A DNA stretch of 64,000 bases. Origin: a virus (Duplodnaviria; Caudoviricetes). Below the pieces are notes generated by a model, which ran no database searches, was not told the DNA's origin, and saw nothing but the letters and a program-made list of their open reading frames with translations. The position numbers were made by a program, and so were the translations under genes. Where the stretch lies: IMG/VR virus record IMGVR_UViG_3300031998_000008, positions 32,001-96,000 of that record; one strand, 5' to 3'. Below are positions 39,201 through 47,468 of the stretch, piece by piece; the first letter of the stretch is position 1, and each line of letters starts with the position of its first letter.

Positions 39201-39998
39201 TTACAATGTTTTTATTATGCCTATTGTTTGCCGCAATAGATTTGTTTCGTTTTCCAATCTGTATTTGTAATTCAAATCATAACTATATTCATTACCATCT
39301 CCACACATATCCCATGGAATCCTAAAGTTTATTGCCAATATGTTATTCCACTCATAAGCGCTTCCCTTTCTATAATTTTGGCTTTCAAATAAGGATAATT
39401 GCAACTCTATTGGTATAATCATATATGGCATTTGGCTTTTAAACAAGCATATACCCATTAGCAAATCCTCAGGAACGCCATGCCACATATATTTTGATGT
39501 TATTTGCTCACCGAATAAAAATTTATCAAATGGCGCATATTTATCATGTGCTTCTTTAAAATAGCAATAAATTCTCAAGAAAACATCAAAACTCATTAAC
39601 TTGAAATTACCATTTGGATAATTAAATATGCATGGATGTATAACATTTATTAAGCAAAAATATCCGCTATTAAATAAATTAATGTTATCCCATAACCATT
39701 TAATGTTTACGAGTGTTGAGTTATTTACAAACAGGATATAATCATACTTCTTATTGAACACTATATAATCCATTAGTTGGTAATATTTCCTATACACATT
39801 CCAATCTTCACATGCGCAATATATTGTATCGCCATCTTCATATACATAAGATGATTTCTCATCACTTGTAAAAGAATACAAATCAACATCCAGATTGTTC
39901 TCAAAAATAACACCATGGTAAAATTCCTTTAATACCTCAGTGTTATTCTTAAACAATTCTTGATTTGATGATTGTATGAAAATTCCTATTTTTCTCAT
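39201..39998 (-). CDS. Putative glycosyltransferase (paralogue of 5328..6146)
   Basis: YDYILFVNNSTLVN, NGNF, PED; last gene of the operon containing rmlD. Confidence 0.5.
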   Translation of the reverse strand: MRKIGIFIQSSNQELFKNNTEVLKEFYHGVIFENNLDVDLYSFTSDEKSSYVYEDGDTIYCACEDWNVYRKYYQLMDYIVFNKKYDYILFVNNSTLVNIKWLWDNINLFNSGYFCLINVIHPCIFNYPNGNFKLMSFDVFLRIYCYFKEAHDKYAPFDKFLFGEQITSKYMWHGVPEDLLMGICLFKSQMPYMIIPIELQLSLFESQNYRKGSAYEWNNILAINFRIPWDMCGDGNEYSYDLNYKYRLENETNLLRQTIGIIKTL

Positions 39999-40008
39999 AA
40001 ATTAAAAG

Positions 40009-40788
40009 TTATAAAATCCATTCAGTCGGGTCCTTTTTTGTTCTTGACCACGGCTTTTTATCTAATTCTTCGTAAGGCTTTTGTACAAACTTACAATGCT
40101 TGCATATATTCGGTATTGCATTGTTAAAGAAATTGTCGAACTCTTCACCGTTACATTTTTTTAAATCTATGAAAGCATCTTCCTTACCAAAATTAAAATT
40201 AGCAATTCTTTTTAAATTGTCAATAAATGCCGCATAATGACATATGTAAAGTTTTCCGTCTATAAATTGAACACACTTGAACCTTTTTTCACAATTCAAA
40301 ATCAAATCAGTATTTGTGTTTGTTTCTTCGTATGATAAATGCTCACTTATGAATCCATGCTCATGCCTGAACGTATAGAAAGTTGCATTTGTAAATTCTT
40401 CTTTCAGTTTATCATAGTGTTCTCTATAATTTTTAATAAACGGATATTCTGTTATAACTAACTCTATCGCCAAATCAAGGTTTCTTTCTCTTAATTCATA
40501 TAAACAGCCCGTAATTGTCCCATTTGTTATCAATTTAACTCTACCAGGAAAATACTGCAAAGATAATTCAATTATTGGTAACAAATCAGGATTCAAACAA
40601 GCCTCACCACCAAGTATTGTGATTTTATCAAATTTATCATCAAAATTTTTAAGTAATTCAAAGTCATCTTTAGCCTTTGACAAAGTAATCATGTTTGGAT
40701 TTTCTGCCAATGGTGAATAATGATTGCAAGATGAACAATTCAAATTACATGTATCACATATATGATAATCAATATTATTTAACTTCAT
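40009..40788 (-). CDS. Radical SAM protein with C-terminal Cys cluster (SPASM/twitch-like)
   Basis: CNLNCSSC, GGEA, ITNG, C...C....DGKLYIC...CKHC. Confidence 0.88.
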   Translation of the reverse strand: MKLNNIDYHICDTCNLNCSSCNHYSPLAENPNMITLSKAKDDFELLKNFDDKFDKITILGGEACLNPDLLPIIELSLQYFPGRVKLITNGTITGCLYELRERNLDLAIELVITEYPFIKNYREHYDKLKEEFTNATFYTFRHEHGFISEHLSYEETNTNTDLILNCEKRFKCVQFIDGKLYICHYAAFIDNLKRIANFNFGKEDAFIDLKKCNGEEFDNFFNNAIPNICKHCKFVQKPYEELDKKPWSRTKKDPTEWIL

Positions 40789-41750
40789 TACTTTTTACTA
40801 AATTCACTTATAACCCCATCATTCCTCATGCATTCAAAAAGAGAATCAATCCAATGTGGGATTTTTATACCAAATTCATTCTCAACTTTTGTTTTGTCAA
40901 GAACGCTATATTGCGGCCTTTTTGCTTTTGTTTTATACTTACTGCTTTGTGTCTGATTTATATATTTTTTTGTGTAATTTGTAAATTCAAATTTAATTTC
41001 AATTGGGTCCTTTCTCATTGGTTCATATGGCCCGAAATGTGAATAAAACATTTCAATTGCAGAAGCAAAGTCATACCAAGATGCCATTCCTTTATCAGTA
41101 TAATTGTATAGACCGTTTTTTTCAAGGATTTTCCTGTTTTTAATTAATTCATAAACAATGAAAAATGCCAAATCTTTTGCATATGTTGGTGTTCCTAACT
41201 GGTCACAAATAACATTTGTATCACGTTCAGACCTTATTCTTTCAAGCATTGTTTTATAGAAATTTTTCCCATATTCTGAGTATAGCCATGATGTTCTAAT
41301 AACAAGGCCCTTTTTATATTCCAAAGGATATACTTCACCAAGCATTTTAGTAATACCATACTGATTCAATGGGTGCATTTTGTCATCTTCAGAATACGGT
41401 GTTTTCTTTCTTCCGTCAAAAACATAATCTGTTGAAATATGTATTATATATGACCCAAATTCTTTACACGCTTTTACCAAGTTCTGTACACCCTCCACAT
41501 TTACAGAATAAGCGGCCCAATAATCATCTTCAGCATCATCAACCTTTGTATATGCTGCACAATTAATAACAACATCAGGTTTAAATTCGCTAAAATACTC
41601 ATAAACCCTTGTTTCGTTTATAATATTAAGTTCTTCACTTGTTGTAAAACGATAAATATTTTCTCCATCAAACAATTTAACAATATCTTTAATACATAAT
41701 GCTAATTGCCCGTTTCCACCTGTAACTAAAATGTTCATACCTTTTTTCAT
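40788..41750 (-). CDS. rmlD: dTDP-4-dehydrorhamnose reductase
   Basis: ILVTGGNGQL, NCAAYTKVD.AE, HISTDYVFDG, YGITK, RTSWLY, DQLGTPT, A.RP.YS. Confidence 0.93.
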   Translation of the reverse strand: MKKGMNILVTGGNGQLALCIKDIVKLFDGENIYRFTTSEELNIINETRVYEYFSEFKPDVVINCAAYTKVDDAEDDYWAAYSVNVEGVQNLVKACKEFGSYIIHISTDYVFDGRKKTPYSEDDKMHPLNQYGITKMLGEVYPLEYKKGLVIRTSWLYSEYGKNFYKTMLERIRSERDTNVICDQLGTPTYAKDLAFFIVYELIKNRKILEKNGLYNYTDKGMASWYDFASAIEMFYSHFGPYEPMRKDPIEIKFEFTNYTKKYINQTQSSKYKTKAKRPQYSVLDKTKVENEFGIKIPHWIDSLFECMRNDGVISEFSKK

Positions 41751-41754
41751 AAAT

Positions 41755-42384
41755 TTAATCTATTACTGTCCAAACTTCAAGCAATTTGCCGAAACTATTA
41801 TAACTTATTTTTGTATATCCGTTTTCACAGAATTGTTTTCCCCAAGAATTTCTTATTATAAATCCTTCTTTGTCATATCCAACAATTGATATTGCATGGT
41901 ATCCTCTTAATGAGCATCCTTCCTTTTTATTCCAGAAATCACAATGTTCACCATAAACAGGTAAAGCGCCAAAACACGGGCCATTTGAAATTATGGCAAA
42001 CTTCAAATCATCTATGTTATCAATTTTTCCATAATGTCCAATTGTCATATTACCAACGGCAGAATCAACCCCATGATGCCTAAGGTATCTAAATGCAGCC
42101 TTAAATGACATTCCATCACCTTTGTTATCCCTACTATTATAAATGTCAAACAAAGCAATTGAATTATCATCGTTTGTTAATAGATTTAAATTTGCTTTCC
42201 AATTAAGGTAAGCAGACATTGAGCATGGGACGCATATTGATAATTTTCCCTGATTTATAACCTGAGGTAAAACATTTACATATGAATATTTTTCAGGCAT
42301 AACAGCGTCTTTCGGACACTCGAATAAAATTTCAGTACCGTCTATTACTGAAGGAATAAATCCTAAATTTTCAACGTTCATCAT
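41755..42384 (-). CDS. Papain-like (C1A) cysteine peptidase
   Basis: NQG...C (oxyanion Gln and catalytic Cys), GYHAISIVGY, IRNSWG, NGY. Confidence 0.88.
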   Translation of the reverse strand: MMNVENLGFIPSVIDGTEILFECPKDAVMPEKYSYVNVLPQVINQGKLSICVPCSMSAYLNWKANLNLLTNDDNSIALFDIYNSRDNKGDGMSFKAAFRYLRHHGVDSAVGNMTIGHYGKIDNIDDLKFAIISNGPCFGALPVYGEHCDFWNKKEGCSLRGYHAISIVGYDKEGFIIRNSWGKQFCENGYTKISYNSFGKLLEVWTVID

Positions 42385-42722
42385 TATTCAGCAATTCTTT
42401 TTGTTATTTTATAAGGCTCTTCTTCACCGATTAATATGTATATAATTTCTTCATATTCAGAACAAGCCTTTAAGTACATTCTTTTAACAAACACAGTATT
42501 TGTTTCATAATCTGTAAACCTTGCCTTTAACCATGAATCATAATAAGGTAAAGTGTCAGCTGTACAAATTGAATCAAGTTGGTATTGGTTTATGTCCATA
42601 GTGTATAAAACCATCATCGAAGAAGTACCAAACACTACTTCACCAGTTTCTTTTGTTGTACCACAAGAAACCATAAATAACATAGCAAATGCTATTAACA
42701 AATTTCTTAAAAATCTTTTCAT
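42384..42722 (-). CDS. Putative lipoprotein
   Basis: MKRFLRNLLIAFAMLFMVS-C signal peptide and lipobox; CTATTTAT (42740-42747) 17 nt upstream. Confidence 0.75.
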   Translation of the reverse strand: MKRFLRNLLIAFAMLFMVSCGTTKETGEVVFGTSSMMVLYTMDINQYQLDSICTADTLPYYDSWLKARFTDYETNTVFVKRMYLKACSEYEEIIYILIGEEEPYKITKRIAE

Positions 42723-42761
42723 AGTAATCCTTTTTTTCAATAAATAGATTATGCATAAAAT

Positions 42762-42791
42762 AAAAAAAGCCGCATCCTAAGATACGGCTTT
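42762..42791 (-). terminator. Rho-independent terminator after the sheath gene
   Basis: Minus strand reads AAGCCGTATC-loop-GATGCGGCTTTTTTT. Confidence 0.75.
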
Positions 42792-42821
42792 GAATAAGGG
42801 TCCTATTTGTTATATTATGAA

Positions 42822-45452
42822 TTACTCATCGAAAGCAACACTTTCAGGATATACAACGAATGTGATTGAAATGTATTCCAATGCAGGTGTTGGTTTAATC
42901 ATAATCTTAGCAGGTAAGATGTGTTGGTCTCTTGTCTCAGGTGTGACTTCTGTCTTAACCCTGTAATCGAAGATACCTCTATTTGACTTAACGTCTGCAA
43001 GGATAGGTTCAACCAAGCCTCTGAATTGTTTTTCAAGAGCATCGTCATATTGTTCAAATATCAAGTGTTTAGCTGCTGATGTGATAAGTTTCTTAACTCT
43101 AATCATAAGTCTTCTTACGTTGATTCTGTTAAGTGGGCTTTCAACATCGTATGCTGTCTTGTTACCCCAAACAATAACACCGTCTTTACCGAATGTCTTA
43201 ATTGGGTTGATTCTATTTTCATAAAGCATGTCTTCGTCATCAAGAGTTGTTTTGAATGCAGCCTTTTCGCAATCAACGATACCACGTGTTGTACCTGCCG
43301 GTGCGAACCATGGGAATGATGTGTTATCTGTTTCTGCAATGTTTCTTACAACATCTTTAGTTGGTGACAAATACAAGTATTGATTTCTAACAGTGTCTTT
43401 GTAAAGAATCCAAGGTGCATATGTGCAAGCATATGAAGAATTGATTTCAGTGTCAGCGAAAGCCATTGCTAATTCATCAGGGTCTTGAATTTCGTAAGGT
43501 GAATTCATGATGTACAAAGCATCACCGCCTCTACCATCTTCAGGGTCTTCAACAACTTCAATTGCTTCCTTTGTCAACAGTGTTTGATTAAACCAATCAA
43601 TACCTGGTGTTACAAAAACGTTAATATCAACATCTTGAGGGTTTGACAATACTTTGTAACCTGCAAGATATGCATAATAGTCACTTGTATTTACATATGA
43701 TGGCAATTTATATTCAACTGCATCTACAAATTTATCGTAACCAATTTCATTAGTACCATAGTTGTTTACATTGTAAGCATCTGTGTTAGTTCTGCTTTCA
43801 CGGTTAATATCCCATCCGTCAAAACCACCATAGAAGCAAACTGTGAACTTACGTAATTTCTCATTCTTGTAGATAGTTTCGTTGATATACTTGGCATCGT
43901 TTTCAAAACGTGCGTTTGTGATTCTTGGCTTATAAGTGTCTGCTGTAACTTTTTCACCTGATACACAATCAAATGTATATTTGTCTTCTTCAATACCGTC
44001 AATGTAAACATTCATGCATTCTTCTGAAGAGAATATACTATCCATATGGAAACCTTTTGTGTAGACAAGGCCAGTTGAAATAACCATGTCACCATTGTCG
44101 TTGTATTTTGGTGTCATTTCATCATCTTCGTAGAATTCTCTACCTTTAAATGTCAAAACATCAGTATCAACATTTGAAATACCAAAATATTGTTTTCTTT
44201 CTTTAATTTTTGGATTATAAACTGTTCTATAAGCAATTGATGGAGCAATTGATTTTCCATAATTTGGTGTTGGGTATCCTAAGAAACCACAAGGAACGCT
44301 ACCTGCCAAATCTTCATCAGTTGCAAGTTCAACTGTAATATACTTTGATTGATTACCATATAATCCATCACTTGTACCTATCTTATATCCGATAAATGAA
44401 GAATCACCTTTTTTCATTGAACATTTGGTGAATTTTTCAAGAACCACAATATTAGCGTCAGTATCATTGAAGTCTCTAACAACAACATCAAATGTACCAG
44501 TAAATGGGTCAATCTTTTCAATTGAAACCTTAACTTGGAAATTTGAAGCATCACCGTCAGAAATTGTCAAGAATCTGAAAAGTCTCTTGATTGAAACGGC
44601 TTGACATGTTGCATTTCCACCATCTCTTGTAAATGTAGTAGCTTCTGAAACAAGCCATGGTGTCAAAGCACATCTGTATTTTCCTCTATAATCAGCATAA
44701 TCTTCTGTATCTAATGCTGTAATAGTGTAATCCATTTTGATTGTATCGCCATCATCCAAAGCATTTTCATAAACTGCTTCAACATAAATGCTACTTAATT
44801 TGTTGTCTTGAGGATTTGAACTGATAACCTTATAAATGTAATCACCATCACGTGGGTCTAATGAAACATTGTAGTATTCAGGTTCGCCAACTGTTGTTTC
44901 AACCTTAATGCACAATTTCTTAGCAACATTCAAAGTTGAAGCTGTTGGTGCTGTTCCACCAGGACAGAATGTAGTATATGTAGTATTGCTATATGGTTTG
45001 ATGCTAACGCTTGTTACAAGTTCGCTAACTGAGTCATTTGATTCACAAATGTCACCACCAATTTGACCCATTACCTTCTTACCTCTAAGAACAATCAAAG
45101 GTTTTCCACCTGTTGTTTCAGCAACCCAACATTTACCTGCGTCATAACCTGAGAAACCAAGAACCCTAACAACATTAAGTCTCTTTGATTTTGTCAAATA
45201 ACTCTTTGCAATATAAGGAAGTTCATACTTTGGTAAGCCAGTGCCTTTGTAAAGTTCGCTTGAAGTACCACCAAAATAGTCAATGAAGTCATTCCAATCG
45301 CTTATTTCAATGTTTTCAAAAGCTGGACCATATAATGTTTCACCAACAAGTCCGAGACTTGTGATACCAAGGCTTTTTACTGAAAAAACAACATCTTTTT
45401 CTTCTGTATAAACGCCTGGAGAAACGTGTCTGCCTTTTGCATTACTTATCAT
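42822..45452 (-). CDS. Tail sheath protein
   Basis: VSPGVYTEE, G.T..GPAFE, PWFAPAG..RG, LYENRINPI, VWGNKT, L.RINVRRL, P...LEYI. Confidence 0.95.
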   Translation of the reverse strand: MISNAKGRHVSPGVYTEEKDVVFSVKSLGITSLGLVGETLYGPAFENIEISDWNDFIDYFGGTSSELYKGTGLPKYELPYIAKSYLTKSKRLNVVRVLGFSGYDAGKCWVAETTGGKPLIVLRGKKVMGQIGGDICESNDSVSELVTSVSIKPYSNTTYTTFCPGGTAPTASTLNVAKKLCIKVETTVGEPEYYNVSLDPRDGDYIYKVISSNPQDNKLSSIYVEAVYENALDDGDTIKMDYTITALDTEDYADYRGKYRCALTPWLVSEATTFTRDGGNATCQAVSIKRLFRFLTISDGDASNFQVKVSIEKIDPFTGTFDVVVRDFNDTDANIVVLEKFTKCSMKKGDSSFIGYKIGTSDGLYGNQSKYITVELATDEDLAGSVPCGFLGYPTPNYGKSIAPSIAYRTVYNPKIKERKQYFGISNVDTDVLTFKGREFYEDDEMTPKYNDNGDMVISTGLVYTKGFHMDSIFSSEECMNVYIDGIEEDKYTFDCVSGEKVTADTYKPRITNARFENDAKYINETIYKNEKLRKFTVCFYGGFDGWDINRESRTNTDAYNVNNYGTNEIGYDKFVDAVEYKLPSYVNTSDYYAYLAGYKVLSNPQDVDINVFVTPGIDWFNQTLLTKEAIEVVEDPEDGRGGDALYIMNSPYEIQDPDELAMAFADTEINSSYACTYAPWILYKDTVRNQYLYLSPTKDVVRNIAETDNTSFPWFAPAGTTRGIVDCEKAAFKTTLDDEDMLYENRINPIKTFGKDGVIVWGNKTAYDVESPLNRINVRRLMIRVKKLITSAAKHLIFEQYDDALEKQFRGLVEPILADVKSNRGIFDYRVKTEVTPETRDQHILPAKIMIKPTPALEYISITFVVYPESVAFDE

Positions 45453-45484
45453 ATTGTTTCTATTTTTACTTTATTATTTTCTTT

Positions 45485-45492
45485 ATAAATAG
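45485..45492 (-). promoter_or_regulatory. Putative late promoter motif CTATTTAT
   Basis: 32 nt upstream of the sheath ATG; an oppositely oriented copy sits at 45513-45520. Confidence 0.6.
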
Positions 45493-45534
45493 CATAAAAA
45501 ACACAAAAATATCTATTTATCTTATTTTTGGAAA

Positions 45535-46704
45535 TTATAATGTTTCTGTTTTTTCGACTACATTCGTGAAGTCTTTTCCTATAAGTTTTATTTCTGAATT
45601 TTCAAAAGTTTTGTATCTTGAAACATGGACAATTTTTATTGAATCATTGTCGTTTAGTTTGAATTGCTGTAACTCTTCATCAGTAAAATAATCACTTAGC
45701 ATTACAGTATATTCATCATAACATAAATCTTCATCATTCTTGAATATTCTACTTAAATCAATAATGTTTCCATTTATATATAAGTCAAAATATCTTACAT
45801 TCTTCATTGAAATTCCTGTAATTTCTGAATCACAGTCAATCTTGAACATGTGTTTTGACGTGTTTTCTGGAAATTCTGTTATTATTTCAATTGGCTGATA
45901 TTCATATGGATTATAATCTGCTTCACATTCAGTTTCTTCAACAATGGTTTTTGGCCTACTAACTGTTGCACCGTCAAAGCATTCCAATTTTAGCATTGGC
46001 TGTTCTATAACCCTGAAACTATCCTTTGGTATTATGTATGCCTTAACAGTAATCAAGTATGATTGTGAATAGTAACGTCTATCATCAATATTATATTCTG
46101 ATTCATCTGATATATCATCAAGCGTCATTGACATAAAATGTCCTTTTGGCCTTATATAACAGTCTATTGCAGCAAAATGCTTATTCATCAACAAGTTAAA
46201 ATCATTCAACAACTGATATTTGTTTGTGAAAATTGAAACTGTGTACTTCAAATCTATTGAAATAGGTTGTTTCATCCTATAATCAATATAATACCTGTTT
46301 CCATGTCTGTCCATTGAGAATACCCTGTTCATTAAGAAGTCAATATCACCAGGAATATTCCTGATTTCACCGACTATTGTACCTGCTTTTGGGTTATTTT
46401 CCCTTGTAATAGCCTTGAAATTAAGAATAAGGTTCTTTTTTTCATCCACATGTTGCCATGATTGTAGATACTCTGAAAATCTTTGATTTGAAAGCATTAA
46501 ATAAGTAGGCAATTTCTCATTTTCATAAGAAATATCCAAATCTTCACGAACCCATCTCTCAAATTCTTGGTCTATTTCCTCATATTCAACAGGATTTGGC
46601 AACGGAGTTGCATCTTGCAGGACCTCTTTCGCTAAATTTTCACGTCTTTCGTTCCCGACAACATTTCGTTTAAGTTTTATAATATTTTTGTAATTTCTGC
46701 TCAT
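45535..46704 (-). CDS. Tail completion / sheath terminator protein (T4 gp15-like)
   Basis: Position between the neck and sheath genes; QP.SIDLKYTVSIFT motif. Confidence 0.6.
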   Translation of the reverse strand: MSRNYKNIIKLKRNVVGNERRENLAKEVLQDATPLPNPVEYEEIDQEFERWVREDLDISYENEKLPTYLMLSNQRFSEYLQSWQHVDEKKNLILNFKAITRENNPKAGTIVGEIRNIPGDIDFLMNRVFSMDRHGNRYYIDYRMKQPISIDLKYTVSIFTNKYQLLNDFNLLMNKHFAAIDCYIRPKGHFMSMTLDDISDESEYNIDDRRYYSQSYLITVKAYIIPKDSFRVIEQPMLKLECFDGATVSRPKTIVEETECEADYNPYEYQPIEIITEFPENTSKHMFKIDCDSEITGISMKNVRYFDLYINGNIIDLSRIFKNDEDLCYDEYTVMLSDYFTDEELQQFKLNDNDSIKIVHVSRYKTFENSEIKLIGKDFTNVVEKTETL

Positions 46705-46706
46705 TT

Positions 46707-47252
46707 TTATCCGTTAAATTCACTTGCATCAATACTTGCGCATTGAATTGTGCGGGCGTATGGCTTTGTCCCGAACAATGTAAACTTATTTGATGTCATA
46801 TTTACTCTTCCATCGTCAACTACTGTAAAATATTCACGATGTTCAGTGTCTATTTGTATTCCAATGTAATCACCTCTTGAAATATCGCAATGGTTTTCTT
46901 CAAGTGTTGATAAAAGTACACTAAAAGTGAGTTTACCAGTCTTTGCATAGTAACCTGTTTGAATCTTATTGTTATAAGCCTTAGTTTCAGCGTCACTTAT
47001 TTCATAAATCACTGGAAGAACAATAGGTGTCTTGAATCTTATCGCATCTTTTGATGCCTCGTTATATGTATCATTCACTTTTGTCTTTTCCAAGTCAACT
47101 TGATACAATATAACTTCCTGATTTGCATCTTGTTCTATATATTCGGTGGCAAATCCAACTTCCAAGTCAAAATCCTCAGCGCCAAAGAACTTGTTGTTCC
47201 TTGTAATCGGTACTTTATTAGTGTTTTGTGTTTGATTAAATTGAAGTGCCAT
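46707..47252 (-). CDS. Neck / head-closure protein (T4 gp14-like)
   Basis: VILYQVD.....DTYNEA....F..P and GDYI; CTATTTAT at 47273-47280. Confidence 0.6.
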   Translation of the reverse strand: MALQFNQTQNTNKVPITRNNKFFGAEDFDLEVGFATEYIEQDANQEVILYQVDLEKTKVNDTYNEASKDAIRFKTPIVLPVIYEISDAETKAYNNKIQTGYYAKTGKLTFSVLLSTLEENHCDISRGDYIGIQIDTEHREYFTVVDDGRVNMTSNKFTLFGTKPYARTIQCASIDASEFNG

Positions 47253-47293
47253 TTATTATTTCCATTTTAAAGATAAATAGTTATTTTTATAAT

Positions 47294-47409
47294 AAAAGTT
47301 ATAACTTTTGAGCGTTGAGCACTAGTTCTATAAGCACTAGAATATTAATTTAAATATAAATTAATAATATTAAAATAATATATTAAAAAACTAGTTCTAT
47401 AAGCACTAA
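47294..47409. repeat. Palindrome plus 19-bp direct repeats flanking a pure A/T tract (candidate origin)
   Basis: AAAAGTTATAACTTTT at 47294-47309; ACTAGTTCTATAAGCACTA at 47321-47339 and 47390-47408; 47341-47390 contains only A/T. Confidence 0.75.
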
Positions 47410-47468
47410 TATTTGTTTTTTTTGGAAAATTTTTGTAAATAATATATTAAGAAAAATTGTATAATTTA

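Noticed and set aside
28542-47252. Bacterial contractile injection system or prophage in a host chromosome
   Set aside because: The tail genes are interleaved with phage replication and neck genes, with no host housekeeping context or integrase.
47321-47408. Mini-CRISPR (repeat-spacer-repeat)
   Set aside because: Only two 19-bp repeats, with a 50-bp low-complexity A/T spacer; this fits origin or operator architecture better.
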